Notes under the pieces: generated by a model
Seen by the model: the letters and a program-made list of their open reading frames with translations, nothing else
What the model was told of the DNA's origin: nothing
Database searches by the model: none
NCBI RefSeq assembly: GCF_001949145.1
Contig: NW_019091355.1
Span: 3,082,646-3,146,645 of the forward strand
Direction: 5' to 3'
Origin: Acanthaster planci
Lineage: Eukaryota
DNA length: 64,000 nucleotides
Made by a program: the position numbers and the translations under genes
Shown: in pieces, positions 1 to 14,079 of the stretch
Position numbering within the stretch: the first letter of the stretch is position 1
Layout: each line of letters opens with the position of its first letter

Positions 1-1378
1 ATTAGCTTTTAATCTTCTCTAACGACAAATAAAGGGACTTTGAGAACTGTCAGGGATTAAGATTTGAACTATCAAAAATCGGCATACTTTACATCAGCGA
101 GTACTGGGCCGGTGTGGATCATTTTTTTACGGCGGAGAAGTAACTCCTAATGTTGAATATTCTGGTAAAAGTATCCGCCATTGCAGTGGTGACGTCACTA
201 ATCACGTCACAACTTGCCGTATCCAGGTCTACGGTCGGTAGGGGAATAATTGGTAGTTTCATCTGAGCAATGACTGCCGATTCTGTAATCCGAATCATTT
301 AAAAAAAAGTCAAAACGTCCCACAGGGAGGGACATCAACAAGATAGTTCAGCGTTGACTTATCAGAAATGGTGACGAATATCAAGGAAAGCCGCGCTACA
401 ATCGTAGTGTCGTACTTATCCAGCAAACAAGTACCCTGTCCTTGACCAATTTGTGAAAAGCTACCCACAAGACCAGGTACTAGGTTTGTACTGTGACTGC
501 AGTGCACTATATGGGCCGGTTCCACACTTAGAATGGTTCCCCCCCCCAACTGATCTCATCCAAAGTGGATTTCTGGACACAAAAAACAGAGGTCACGGCG
601 AATGGCACCAGCGTCAAATAATTCCCTTGGCGAAATAGGAATCATACAAAAGCATTAATTTGCACGCACAGTCGGCTGAATTTACCTGTATATCCACGCA
701 GCCTTGAACTTTTGAGGGTACGCCCCCCAAAAATACCTGCGCTGTCCTCTTTTGAAAAGTGCAGGACCCCTGGCATTTACAAGAACGAAATGGCACCCAC
801 TGTCGTGCCATTGAATCCCAGCTAGTCATTGCGATCATGGTGTAAACAAAAATTGCTCGCTTTATTGTTGGTGTGTGTGACGGAAAAAAACGGGGAAAAA
901 TCCGTAAGGGCTGCCGGGAAGTTTTTGTTCAGCCCCATGAAAATGAGTTTGCTGTACATTCCGTTTGCGCCAGAGTTCTGAAAACCGGCAGCCCGTCCGA
1001 CTGTCCGACTTGGCTACTTGGTTCTTAGGGGCCGGTGACAGGAAGCAGTAGCCTGACGTCTGATTTGTTTTGTCCCCGGACATCGGGTGACAGGATTTGA
1101 CAACCCCTGCACCTGGGCGACCCCTTTTTCTTTGATCGTATTGCTGTCCACTTCTTCCTGACGACCCCCTTCGGGCTATAGCGTTTGTTTTCTATTCCAT
1201 ATATCGGAAGTCAGGAAAAGCAGAGTGTAATCCGCCTTGAGCAAAAGTACCCCTCATCGGTTGAAAAGAGCAATGTTAGTGGGGAGTGTTCGTTTTGTTC
1301 GTTGCGACGCGTACGCGTCGCTTGCTTCTCATAGTCGTTCGTAGAACTAGCGAAGTGAAGTTCCTACAAGACACCAAG

Positions 1379-1787
1379 GTCGAATTCGGGCGGCCTGTTC
1401 TTGACACGGGTTTCTTGTTCTCGCGCTCGAACGGCGGGGACATGACTCAAGAACACTGTTCTCAGAACNATTCTGATTTTTGAACAGCTGCAAAAGTAGA
1501 GAGATGGCTTCCAAAGCCATAGAAAATGGGAAGTTTGGCAAAATTAACATTAATTATTTTCCGTAACACAGAAATAAATGTTCCTGTCTATATAGAAAAA
1601 AAATTCAGCCCATCCAAATATCAACTCTCGAATAACGTAGCCTACATGGACGCCGCCACGTTGAATGTTGCTTGTCACTAACTACCAGCGATAACCAGTT
1701 GTTTGTTCCTGGCGCTCGAGCGGCCGACCCGCGAACAACAAATCGACCTGTTCGTAAACACACGGGAACAAGCCGTCCGAACTCGAC
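1379..1787. repeat. Degenerate inverted repeat, probable old MITE
   Basis: GTCGAATTCGGGCGGCCTGTTC (1379-1400) vs GAACAAGCCGTCCGAACTCGAC (1766-1787): 19/22 inverted match. Confidence 0.5.
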
Positions 1788-1921
1788 CCAAAAAAGCGTC
1801 CGTTGCTAGGAAAATTGCGCCCTCTCTTAGTCCCACTCGAAGCCCACACAGTTATCTATAGAAAATGTCACACGTTCATGTAAATCGCATAGGTAACGCT
1901 GTACATGCTTTATAGCTTACA

Positions 1922-2598
1922 GTCACTTCGCCCCATTTTCACTCCCCCCCCCGTCCGTAATAGTCATCAATTATCAAATGGTCGAGAGAGGAATTCCACA
2001 AACGGCACTGAGGTGTACACATAGACGTACATAGAAAACTCTACGGCATTCACTAAATTAATGTCGACTGCGTTTTCCATGGTGAACATGTAGTTGAACT
2101 AACATCAGGTTTACTCCTCATCCTCTTCAAATTTATTTCAAAGCGATAGGCCTACACACCATTCTGTACACATCGTTCTGGTAACTGTCGATGCATCCAG
2201 ACAGGTGCCCAGGCGCGGATAAACCTCGGCGCACCGCGGCAAGACATTTTATGGAAACATGCTCGCTTCAAGCAGGAGCAAAACAACCTAAAACCGAACT
2301 CATGAACACAAAAAATACATACACATGGACAAGATACTAAGTTCTGTGAATTCACTGAAAGAAATCTTGCAATAACGAAACACGAAGAGAACTCGTGAAA
2401 TTAACAGAGGCTGCTTTTCGAATGTTGCAAATGTAACTGGGAAACATGTCAACACAGGCGTTATCATGAGAAAAGGCTTTGTTTTGAGGTGTTTGTGAAG
2501 ACGAAAAGACAACAGGATTTATTTGTCTTTCTTATGTTTGTTACGTTTGTTTTTTCTAACTTGCCAATAAAAGATTGGGGCGAAGTGACCAACACCCT
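1922..2598. mobile_element. Non-autonomous TIR element (Mutator-like, inferred)
   Basis: Perfect 14-bp inverted repeat GTCACTTCGCCCCA (1922-1935) / TGGGGCGAAGTGAC (2576-2589). GCTTACAG direct repeat at 1915-1922 and 2599-2606 is a possible TSD. Confidence 0.65.
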
Positions 2599-4096
2599 GC
2601 TTACAGCTTAATAGGTGCATTGCCAATTAGCCAACACATTGGCTAAGACTGCCATGCGTAGTACACCTGTTGCATTATATACACGTGCTCACAAACATAG
2701 TTGTAACGCCCAATGTATTGTAACCAACTGAATGCCGCACACTGCGATTTATTTTAATTACTTACATCTTTACATGTGGTGGTACGACTTTCTTTCTATA
2801 CACAGCCTGGGCGCACTACTAGCGTTTAATTGTCAGTGTTTAGTCAAGCGTGAGCAGGTTAGGGCGCGGCGCAGCGCGAATTTCAAGACGGTCATTCTGA
2901 AACATGCCGTTGTGAGGGAATCACGTGGAGCGCCGTTCCGTCTTCGTTGCTTTCGTTTCCTGAGTTCATAGCCACATGACGTTTTTCTTCTCTTGGATCT
3001 TTTGAATGTCAAATAACTGTTGCAGCAGCGAGGCCTGACCGGTGGCGGCCAGCCGACGGCATTTTGGTCGTGCGGGAGAAGATTCTGGTGAGAAACTTTG
3101 GGATGTGCCTTTCACGTGCAATTTTGAATGTTTCAAAGGCAGAATGCATGGATTTGTCGCATTAAATGCTTCGAGTTCATTCTTGTTCAATAGTTTCTGC
3201 GTCATCCTTGTTCCATGTTAAATGGTCAAATTACAAATCAATTTGTAATCGTTTGAGGATAAGTTTCCCGGATAGGCAGTTTAGACAAGCACGCTGTATT
3301 TATTTGTCGGTTAGGCACATATCGTACATCCTCCATTCACTTACCTTCTGACAGGTACAATGCTCATTGCAAATTACCTTATCCACATTAAGACATTGGG
3401 AGCACTGCGTGTTTTTAGCTCCTTATTAATATTTTCGGCGTGTTGAAAGCTTTTTCGTAACATACGATTCCTGTAGAACGGAATAGTCTTGTATTAGAAT
3501 TGTCACTAGTTGAGAGATGGGCTTTTAAGGACATGTAACCATATTCCTATCATGTACATAGTAGAAACTCCTTCAGATTTCACAATACACATGTACATCG
3601 TAAGAAAGTGGTGGCGCTCTGTTTCGCCTCTGTAACGCGGAAGCCTGTCAGAATCCTGCCGTTGCTGGCGCTGCTTGCACTCATTGAAAATAGATGTGTG
3701 TTCTGCGTTGGTGTAAAGTTTAATCGCGAGGAGTGACACAGTGCGCGCACAAAAAACATGATACTGCTTTTCCCGTACTAAACCGTAACCACAGAGAGGC
3801 GTAGACTCTTTCGTTCTACCCAGAGCAGTCCACTTTGTAAGTGAACAATAATTGTTCTTATTACGATGGACTTCGTTTAATGCCTTCCATTTTGTAGGCG
3901 TTTATAGTTAGCGGCAAGTTCAGCCTGGTTGGTAACAGATTCTCGTCTCAAAAACAAATTTGCCTCAGTAGTGTCAAAGAAGGGGTATCTTCATTTTGTT
4001 GTAAGTAGTTATAAAATGTAATTATCATTTGGTGTTTCGATACTAGCTTGATATTTTTTAATACTTTGCGGATTGTTCTTGTGCCCTTGTTCTGAA

Positions 4097-4915
4097 GGCC
4101 GGTGTAAACGGTAAATTTGTCGCCCCCCCCCCCGGAAATGTGTCCCCCGTGGAACGCCCAGACTGTGAATCACTTTATTTCAACTGCTTTCGCGCAGCAT
4201 TTAGACAGGCACCGTGTCTTTTCTTGAATGCTCGTTAAGTTGAAGCACGGTGATTGGACGTCCTGGAGGATCCTTTGCCAATGGTTCGCGCGCTACGGCT
4301 TAGTCTTGGTTCAAAGACCTTTCAGTTGATCCATGACACCGCGAACCGTCATGGGTATACTGTACAAAGTGTATACTTACATGTACAGGGCGCTATCACG
4401 TCACGTCTCGCTATCTCGAGAGACTGAGAATACGAATACGGGCAATTCACAAGTGCGCCTCCAAGAGTTTGCAACGCGTTGACCAATCACAATGCGCGAA
4501 AGCCGTCGACCCTTTCCAAAGACAAATTTCGCGTACTGTGATTGGTCAACGCGTTGTAAACTCTTGGAAGCGCACTATTGTCAATCGCCTGTATTACTAC
4601 GCGTGCAAGGAGTCTGCAGAATACGGATTGCCACCTTCTCCGATTTCGTGCAGAAACATAGCTCGGTTGATTTACATCTCATACCCCCCCTTCATTTGGA
4701 CAGCTTGGTGAAGGGCTAAAAAAATCTAATTGTATTTCACGCGAGTGGACTGCATTCATCAACCCAACACGAAAATTACAACTTCTGTGTTGCAAAACGG
4801 GGGGAGGGGGGCAAAACTACCTGGAGGGGACTAATTTACCGGGCCAGGGGACACTCGGGTAATTCTGTCCCTCAGACAGTTTTACCGGGAGACAGACGTA
4901 CCGTTTACACCAGCC
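4097..4915. mobile_element. Non-autonomous TIR element containing a nested hairpin MITE
   Basis: GGCCGGTGTAAACGGTA (4097-4113) and TACCGTTTACACCAGCC (4899-4915) match 16/17 as inverted repeats; C-rich and G-rich subterminal tracts. No TSD seen. Confidence 0.7.
4435..4595. mobile_element. Palindromic hairpin MITE
   Basis: ~65-bp arms (…AGTGCGCCTCCAAGAGTTTGCAACGCGTTGACCAATCACA… / …TGTGATTGGTCAACGCGTTGTAAACTCTTGGAAGCGCACT…). Related arms at 5604-5670 and 6230-6258. Confidence 0.85.
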
Positions 4916-5580
4916 ATAGTTTGCCTTTCGCTGTACTGGTACGTTCAGCCATGGGGCAACAGGAGGGATTCGCTATGCAGTGCGCCACCAACTGTTCATC
5001 TTGAAAAGGCCGCACTTTTCAAGTTTCGGTGGACGTTTTCCGTACTGTTCATCGCAAATGCCGTTGAACACTCGTCTTTAATTTTAACATACAAAATTAC
5101 TGTCATTTTAAATCTCCAACCGGTAACCCAAGATCTAACATCTAAGACACTCTGCAAATGTTATTCTCCACGTGTGCACCCACAATCCCCTAATTCGGGG
5201 GCGCATCCGCCCGCATTGTTTTCGCATAAATTATCTCTGCGAAAGCTATAGCGCAGCCGTTCGCACGTCCCTAGCGCCCTCACAGCATCCTGGATGGCAC
5301 TTTTGTTGAAGGAAAGACAGCCGTTGCAATCCATTTTGTTGGGTGTTCGCTGCTTTACTGAAAGATACAGTTCATCATTATGCAGTTATCTAAAAAGCAA
5401 CTAACGAAATTAATGTAAAGCATACTAGGTTTAAAGATGGTTACGGGACTAACTGCACCCTGTGATATTATTCTGTCTGCCAAGCTGCCATTTTGAAGGA
5501 AAAACAAAAGAAGGCTATTTCTAAAGATGCGTGTAAAGACGCGAGAACGTGTCCCCGGATGCTGAAGACGGGGTTTCCAT

Positions 5581-5795
5581 CAGTCTTTATAATGGAGATC
5601 AACAGGCGTTTCACAATAGTGCGCCACCAAGAATTTGCTATAAAGCGTTGGCCAATCACAATACACGAAATGTGTTGACGCTTTTCGAACGCGCAAAGCG
5701 TACAGTGGCCACCATTGATCAGTGGTGACCACCTTTATAATGGAGATCAGTGGGTGGCCGGCCACCATTGATCTCCGTTATAACTTGAAGACTGG
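5581..5795. mobile_element. Rearranged MITE related to 4435-4595
   Basis: CAGTCTTTATAATGGAGATCAA vs TTGATCTCCGTTATAACTTGAAGACTG inverted ends. Internal duplicates of CTTTATAATGGAGATCA (5733) and GCCACCATTGATC (5708, 5761). Confidence 0.6.
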
Positions 5796-8254
5796 ATAAG
5801 ACACGTAGGCCTACGCTTACGCATGATGAGGATTCGGAAAACGTGGACAGCTGGCGGTGAGAGTTTGCGGGTTTCGGCATGTGCATGCGTATTTTATAAC
5901 ATAGAGGTATATTGGGATATCGTATAAATCAAGCTTAAACGTCTTAGCTCAGAAATATTCTATAACAAAGATGTTCAAGGGATGGGACCAAAAGAAAGGG
6001 GTCTGTTTGAATTTCGATAGATATATTGCAGACACAAATGAGCTCGTATTAGTCGTAATATCCGTTGGGCTGTTTTCTATTCGTAAATAATTCGTAATAT
6101 TCGTCGGATGGAGAGGCAACCTTTTCCAATTTTTCACCTCAAACACGTTTTCGGGGAAATTGTAAAAACTGGGGTCTACTACTCGTACGGTATGTAATGG
6201 CGATCAATGGTGGCCATCGTGTTGGAGAGTCTTGGCGGCGCACTATCGCGAAACCCCCATATTCAGGCACAAAATTTAAAACGTGACTCGGCCATTTTGA
6301 TCTTAAATCGACATTCTGTCGGGTCGTTTGATGGACTGTACCTCCAATCATGATAAAGCCGGTAAATTCAGCGCAGAGGTTTTACGTGCACACGGAAATA
6401 TTGACCTGCATTATTGTTCTGTCCAATGAGAGCTGGCAGAAATACATGTATACGTCACGCAGTCATACGACTGCGAACTGCTCACGTCCGTCGCATTGAT
6501 TGGGTAACAAGTGCCCTTGCGCTGAAAGCCAAAAATAGACAGCTCAACTTTTGGACAGACGTGCGCAGCACCTGTAAAACTGGATGTTCGTTTTCCAAGT
6601 TCGAGTGGTCCTGTTTTTAGTCGAAGGGGTCCTCTGAATTGTTGGGGCTCTACAACTTGTTTTCCACCCTCTAATCATTCTATCGCACGCAACTCCAACT
6701 AAAGAAGTTAAAATTACCCGATCGGATCAATAAGTCAAACACTTGCGGGTTTGTGGTTTGCGGGGTATTTTTTGCCTCGTTTTGTTTTCTTTCTTCTTTT
6801 GAAGGGCAAGTTCGCTATAGTCACGTTCATAAACTTGTTTTTCCTCGCCCACAGTTCATTCATCATCCTTTTCCGCATCCAACTATATATTACGGCTGTG
6901 TTAGGAGCACTCTTGCAATTTTGATACCACCTGACTTTCGTCCCTGTTCCATGAGCCCTAAAAAAAGTCAACTCACTAAACGACTTCTTTGTGATGATCC
7001 CTCAAGGTTATACCCGAAATGCAATTGTTCACGATAATAATAGTTACAAATAGCGAAAACAGCCATTGGAGGGGGGGGTGGCATGGGCTGCCACCAGATT
7101 CCATCCATGACTCCGTCATCTCTTTGCCAGAAAGTACAGTCACCCGGGTCTGAACAATGACGGGCCTACCCCCCTCCCTTGTGCGACTGTTGCCGTGTAA
7201 TCAAAGGGGAACAATGGGGGATCGGGGTGCATACACGGTGCCCCGTCTCCCTGGCACCTGTAGGCCAACGCACTATACATCTCCCCCCCCCCGGTCCAGA
7301 GATGTCCCGAAAATTGTAGCCATTCTTGTTGAAGTTCACTCCGGATGTTACAAATAGTCAGTGAAAAAAAGCTGTAAAAAAGTGCAACATTGTAATTAAT
7401 AGTTTTCTGTTCGCAACGAAATGAGGTAACTTCCACTAGGGCCTAAGCTAGCCAGACCACTAATTATAAGCATACGTGGCACATTATTAGAACAGGGTAT
7501 ATGTGCATGTTTGGCTGCAAGATGATATGACATTGTGTAATGGTTGTTGAGCCGACTTTTAATTTGTAAAGAAAGAATTTGACTGGATGGAATGACAGAT
7601 TTGATCCGCGACCTCTAAAACACCGACCGCAGGCTCAAATCTCACTCCGGTCGATTTTGTTGTCTGTCTGTCTGCCTGCTTGTCTGCTTGCTTAGTTAGC
7701 GCTAAAGCAAGTTTCCCCGTGATGTGGTTCGTTTGAAAACGTCAGGACGTTGCTCCCAGATTACAAACGATCACAAAAGTTTAGCAGAATTGTCGAGTCC
7801 TCAAAACTAAAAATCGTGTCCAACTTTCGGGGATTCCAGTCTCCTTTATCAAGGCAAAGGCTGACCAATCGGAATGAATGGAATAATCAACTGACCCTCC
7901 ATAATTGTCGAGTAATGAATCCACTCATATAGTCCTCCACCCTACCAGCAGTCCATGTAACACAAACCAGTTCAATTGTAACACCAACAGATTCAATGTA
8001 CCCAACACCATCCAGCCAAGCACCCTTGCCTAAATCAGCCAAGCAAGACAAACTACCGGTACTCGTCGTTCAGAAGAGCCATAAACTTGTCTCGGTGTTG
8101 GAGATAATAGCTGTTGTCGGGTTAAGCGACAGGTTTACTTCACACCCGTCATTCTTGAAAGATGATTGCTTGTCAGACTGGTAAGACAGCACGAAGAGCG
8201 AAACCTTGTCATTGTGAACTATCTGACAAAGGATGTCTTACGAAATAATTGTTC

Positions 8255-8622
8255 AATAAGCCTTTTGCGAGTTATCATTTGAATAAAATCTGGTATACTG
8301 AGTTATCTGAGTGCACCTTAACATAACGATTTGAATTCCCCAGACTAAAGACACTGTTGCTATACCTTGTGATTTGGGGCAAGCTTGTTGCATAGCGACC
8401 ACCATCTCTGGAATGGACTAGGTCCTTTGTGTCCGTCTCATCCATTGAAAACAGTGTATTGGTGCAAGGCATCTTATGTGTAACTAAGCAAAAGCTTGGC
8501 CCGATTCACAAGGTATAGCAACAGTGTCTTTCGTGTGGAGAATTAACATTTGTATGTTCACGTGAATCTAAAGAAGTCAGTGTACTAGATTTTATTCAAA
8601 TTTAACCCGCAAAAGGCTTATT
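8255..8622. mobile_element. MITE with long imperfect TIRs, copy 1
   Basis: AATAAGCCTTTTGCGAGTTA... and ...TAACCCGCAAAAGGCTTATT; inverted arms of roughly 130 bp. The at|AAGCC...GGCTT|at termini fit an AT TSD (ISL2EU/Harbinger-like, inferred). Second copy at 13714-14079. Confidence 0.85.
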
Positions 8623-11600
8623 CCTAATTGCCAAGACAGTTGGTTAGACTTAGAAGATAGAGCACGCCATCTCCTCAGATCAGTTTGATCATTCGAATTA
8701 GATCGAAGGACCAGTGAAATTCCGTTATTACCAGAAGACCCTTAAAAACTAGTCGGCATGAAAAATGCTTCCAGTGCAGCCAAAAAATCAACACAAAACC
8801 ACCCAAACGAATAAATGTGTTTAGTTGATTCTGGCTTCACTTCGACGTTCGCGTCGCTTGAGCGCTCGGTACCAGAACGCTGGTACAGAAGTGGCGTGTG
8901 CAAGAATGGAATGCACAGTTGACGACAGTCGAACCTCCCGGACAGTCCAACTTTCTTGGAGAAGCGGGCCGCGTCCAAGTCGCTAGGCTATCTCAGCAGC
9001 CGCACGTAAGCTTTCTGGATATACCAGGCACGAAATGACACAAAGGGGTACCCCCTCCCACAAGTCCAATCCCTATACACACTCCAGCCCATTGTTACTT
9101 AACACATACTCCCCTAGATGTCTGAAAAAAAAATTCCTGAGATACCAGTATAACAATTACCAACGCAAAGGCGGGGGGTCTCTCTGTCCCATAGTTGGCT
9201 TCATATGTTTCTGGCAGCGAACCACCCAGCGGCAGCACCCACCTGACCGTCTTCAATAGGGGCGTGTGCTGTCACCAGTCGTAACCAAATCTAAATGTTG
9301 CTCGTAACTCGAAACCAAGGTCCTATGTGCAGTGTAGCAGGTTTTGATGCAATTCTTATTAACACGTTCCTCTACGTCACATTTAGCCATGCAGTCTTGA
9401 TTTTTTGATTATACCATTTAAAGACATTTTGGTGCCTTTTTATTTCATGCTAATGTAATTAGCATATTCATAAGCAAAAGCACGCTGTCGTCCCGGACAG
9501 AAAACGCAGGCTAACAGCTTTTTCTGCACTCAAATTTTAAGGAAAGTTTTTGATATGTGTTTACTTTAGAAATTCGGTGCAAAGTGTTCTGGCAAATATT
9601 TAATTTCTTTTCCGCGGGGAAGTGTTATATTTACATTGTTATCGTTATTTTGAACGAGTTTCCCCTAAATAACGTTAGATCCACGATACTTGACCTGTTT
9701 GTTAATTAAAAAGTAATGCTACTAGCAAACCGTGGAGGTGCACCCCATCCACACCGTTTTGTTTTGGAGCAACTTAATTTTGGCATAATATTTGGCAAAC
9801 TTGGCAATAGTTATCAGATTTAATACACGTATCACCGTTTCTGCCTAAGCCTCTAGTTATGTAAAGCAACAGCAAAATTAAATTAGAGCAAAATGCAATT
9901 ATCAACATACAGCGGGAAAAGCGCCAGTTTAAGAGCCGCCCGCTTCGTTTCGAAACCAATTTGTGTTCGGTAATTGTTTTGGACACCGCCAATTTATCGC
10001 ATCGGGTCCGATTTGAGATATTCTGTAATGTGTTTCAATGACAATTGCAGCGTTAGGTCTTTTCCTGAGCTTAACCATGGATTACTGTCATGATGTGTCT
10101 GCAAATGTTCTTTTTTTCAGCAGGTGGGGGCATGCCATCCTGCTGTGTTCATTGTGTCCTTTGATCAGATCAGGGAACAGCCCGCCCATAAATTAATGTG
10201 CTCAGTGTAATCTTCTACTTACTGTGGCGGCTTGAAACTCTACGAGGTTTCGAGTGCACTGTACTTTCCTGTCAATAATGACACTGTGACATTTTAATGC
10301 TTATCAGTTTTTTCAGTCGCGGGCTTAAAGTGGTTGAACAAAACATATCCCCAAGGCCATGGGAAGACACCAGATTTGTTTTCGCTCCGTCAACATTTAT
10401 GCTTTGCCGTGTCCCCCCTTTCTCTCTCTCTATTCTTTGTCGTCGAGCGAAATCTGCTCGTGCAGAACGTTGTCATTGTTAACTAAATTCACACGAATCC
10501 ACTCAGTTTTTGGATGCCTGCTAGTCATGGCCCCGCAACGTACGTGTGTAGTCTGCAGAACCGCTTAACATTGTGCGTACATGTAAAATGTACAATGAAA
10601 GTGCTTGTTGAAGCTGAAGACTGAAAATTTAAATTGGATGCTCAAGATCGATTTTGTCCGAGAGTGGAAGATTGTTCCAGACGCATTGCTTCTGAACACA
10701 TCCCTTAATATGGCCCCTTCGTGCGAAGCAAGGGGATTTGTGTCTTGTGAGGCGCTTCCTGACGTCATCAGTTATGACCAAGCTGCGATCTTGGCAGCGC
10801 TATACTCGAGAATAGCCTAAGCCATTTCGGCATTCCAACAGCGCACTCCCAAATTGCATTGAAGCGCGTTCGAGGTCTGTCCGATCAGCCGAGCCTACAC
10901 CGACTCACGCGCGTACTTTTTTTTTCTCGAATGACCTTGCTTTTTTGGAAATAACGAATTCGCTCGTTCAGGCTGTGCCCACTTTGGTTACGAATGTTGG
11001 CGTTTTATTTTGATAGTAAGACCGTGAAAGTTACAGCGCCCGCTAGGAATGCCACGATTATGGAGCTTGCATCGGAGATAAATCCCACTGAACAGACTGA
11101 CGATGTGAAATGCGACGAAGTAAACTGGCAACTTTTTAGTATGTCCGGAAAGTGGGCCATGCAGCTTTCAAAGCATTAACAACAGAACTTGTTCAGGATA
11201 TGTACACATCCCGTATAAATTACGGCATCCTTTTGTGTGAATCTTGGTTCGAAATACGACTTTCAGTTGACGCGCAAATCAGTTCGATTACCAGGGTTTT
11301 TTTTCGCCACTTTCAGCCACGCCGCGCCACAAGCTGACTGGCTGTTCCTCCGACCACATATCCCATTGACCTGACCTTCTGACTTCCGTTGCATTATGCT
11401 GTCTCCCGGACTTCTTGTTCGGAGTTCCAAAAAGCCCTTCACGAACGAAAGTTGATACATTGTTGAACTGTACGAGACCTTGTGACGTTTACCAACTTCG
11501 TAACACACATCAACACCACAGCTACACATTTTGTGAGCAGTGCAGTGTGAAAAGTGTAAAAGTTTCCGAGTTGTAGCGAATTGGCGTTCATTTTTGCTTT

Positions 11601-13713
11601 TGACAGTAGATCGTATGTGTTTACATTTACATGACTGCTCGGTCAAAGCATTACAAAAGCATCTGAGGAAAAGCGTAACGGCCCTTAATGGAGCGTGTCG
11701 ACAGCCATACATCTAAGCGGTGTTCCTCAGATTTCACGGCCGCTACGCTGAAGTACACCCCGGCAAGCACCAGTCACTGAGGTAATTCTAGCGTCTCGAT
11801 TTGTGCTTTCTGCAACGTCCTACACACCTATTCTGGACTGGGCTGAAATACACTGCACCCAGGATGGTCTGGCCGACTTCCGATTTCATCACCGTGAGAT
11901 TTCGGCTGAGGTTCCGCTTGCTTTGCTGCTACTCGAGTTTCGAGTACTTTTCTCGGAAAAGTTAAATTTTTGTTGTGATGGTCGACTGAAGTCATCATTG
12001 TAATTTACGTTAGTGCATTTACTGTCCATGGTCCGTGTTTTTTTAGCTCTGTAGTCGAATACAGTTCAGCATTTTGTCGGAGAACTTGGTACTCGAAAAG
12101 TACTTGACTACAACTCTGCTGTTTTGTGTCGTGCACGTGGTATAACGGTTTGCACAGCTACCATCTTGCAGGTGGGTGCTTTTGTTCCACGGGGTCTGCA
12201 CAAAGAAGGTAACTGCCCTGTAAGATGGCTACCACGCAAAGCTTCAATGCCCCACATGTCGCTCAACCCCGCCGCCGTGATGACGGGACTCGCTGTTAGA
12301 AAGCAAGGAAGCCGCAGATAGAGACAGGCAAAGCAATGAGGGTTTAGCTAAGGCCATGTCCGGACTGGGCTTCCAGAGCTGCGGCTATTTAGGTCTATTG
12401 TCTGCGATCTACGCGTATCTTTCCAATGGAACGAAGATCTAGACCTAGCTCCAGACAACAGATGCGAATGCAGCCTTACTTGCTACCCATATCATAACAA
12501 TGTATGCACGTTCAGTGCTCGCGTCAGTCACGCGTGCCCAGAAGTATTTGACCCTTATTGTTATTTACATCCGAATGAAATACATTTACAAGTTGTTGGC
12601 GTGTACTGTCAGCAATTGAAACAACGAAAGAATAGCAAATTTAAGACAGCACAATATTCAAAATTCTTGTTGATATTTTCTGCTGAAATACATGTACATT
12701 GAGATTTCTTCCTGAAATGGTCTTCACGCTTTTGCTCATGAATATGCAATCGGAATCAGCATAAAAACCTAAGGGGCGCTAAGATGTCATTAAAAACAAA
12801 AAGTGACACAAAGTACCATGCATGTACAAGGACCGCACTTTTTATTTTAAAAAAAACCATGTTGCATGGGCCATTTAGTCTGTTAGGATTTCCAGGGTAC
12901 TCCTGAGGGGATGGAGCATTATCGAAGCAAGGAATCTGTCATTCCCGTGACGTGCTCAGGCTGAAACCTTTCATTGGCAGTCATCCCTGCACCGACGGGG
13001 TCGAACTTATCGGCCCGTTTACCGGGGTCTTGCATGGCTCTCTCGAAGAAAGAGCGTTTGTCGAGGATCACTGGGGGTCAATTTCACACTCTGCGGACCA
13101 TGTGAACTGTAATTTTTTTTTAGGCACCAGCAACTCGAAGCACATTGCGTGTACATGTATGTGCTTGCTGGTATCTTCACTGAGGCATTTAAGTAGTGTG
13201 CGTAACTACGCTGGAGCTCAGGTCGGTCGACACCGGCTCATTCATCGGGTTCTGCATCCATAACGCGTCGTTACACGCGCGTGCCAAAATTTTAGGCTAC
13301 ATTTGGGTCATAGTTTCAGAACATGGACAGATTCCTTGGCCATACATTGCGGTACAGACTCAGCTCAATTTCACAAACAGTTCAAACATTTCACAAAATG
13401 TTTACATTTCTGAAAACTTTGTAATGTGTGCCGAAGATGTTGACTTACAAACCCTAAAAATAAAGAGATAAAAAGAATACATGTCCAGAACACAAGCCAT
13501 TTTATGCTGTCGTTTGAACAAGAACTGCCGTCGTTTGAACTCGTGTGATTAAAATGCTCCCGGCAAATTTGTTTGTGCTTGACGTCTGAATCCCCAGGTT
13601 TGCCATCTTGCAAAAATTGTAACCAATTGTATACACACTATTGTGTAAACACAAGGTTAAAGTTGAAAAATGCCTGAAGCTTCTAGAAATACCAATTTGT
13701 TGCGAGGTTTCGT

Positions 13714-14079
13714 AATAAGCCGTTTGCTAGTTAAATTTGAATAAAATCTGGTACACTGAGTTTTTTTAATTCACGTGAACATAACAACTTGAATTCTCCA
13801 TACTAAAACCACTGTTGCTATACCTCGTGATTCTGGGCAAGCTTTTGCTTAGTTACGTAAGAGATGCCTTGCAACAATACACTCTTCTCAATGGATAAGA
13901 ACGGCACAAAGGAGCCAGTCCATTCCAGAGATGGTGGTCGCTATGCAAAAGCTTGCCCCAAATCACAAGGTACAGCAACAGTGTCTTTAGTCTGGGCAAT
14001 GGAAATTGTTACGTTCCTGTGTCATCAGATAACACAGTGTACCGGAATTTATTCAAATTTAACTCGCAAGTGGCTTATT
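13714..14079. mobile_element. MITE with long imperfect TIRs, copy 2 (inverted relative to copy 1)
   Basis: Same AATAAGCC...GGCTTATT termini. The internal core is the reverse complement of copy 1; spurious ORFs 8275-8472(-) and 13864(+) share NTLFSMD..VHSRDGGRYA. Confidence 0.85.

Noticed and set aside
1470..1470. Single N
   Set aside because: Assembly ambiguity, not a biological feature.
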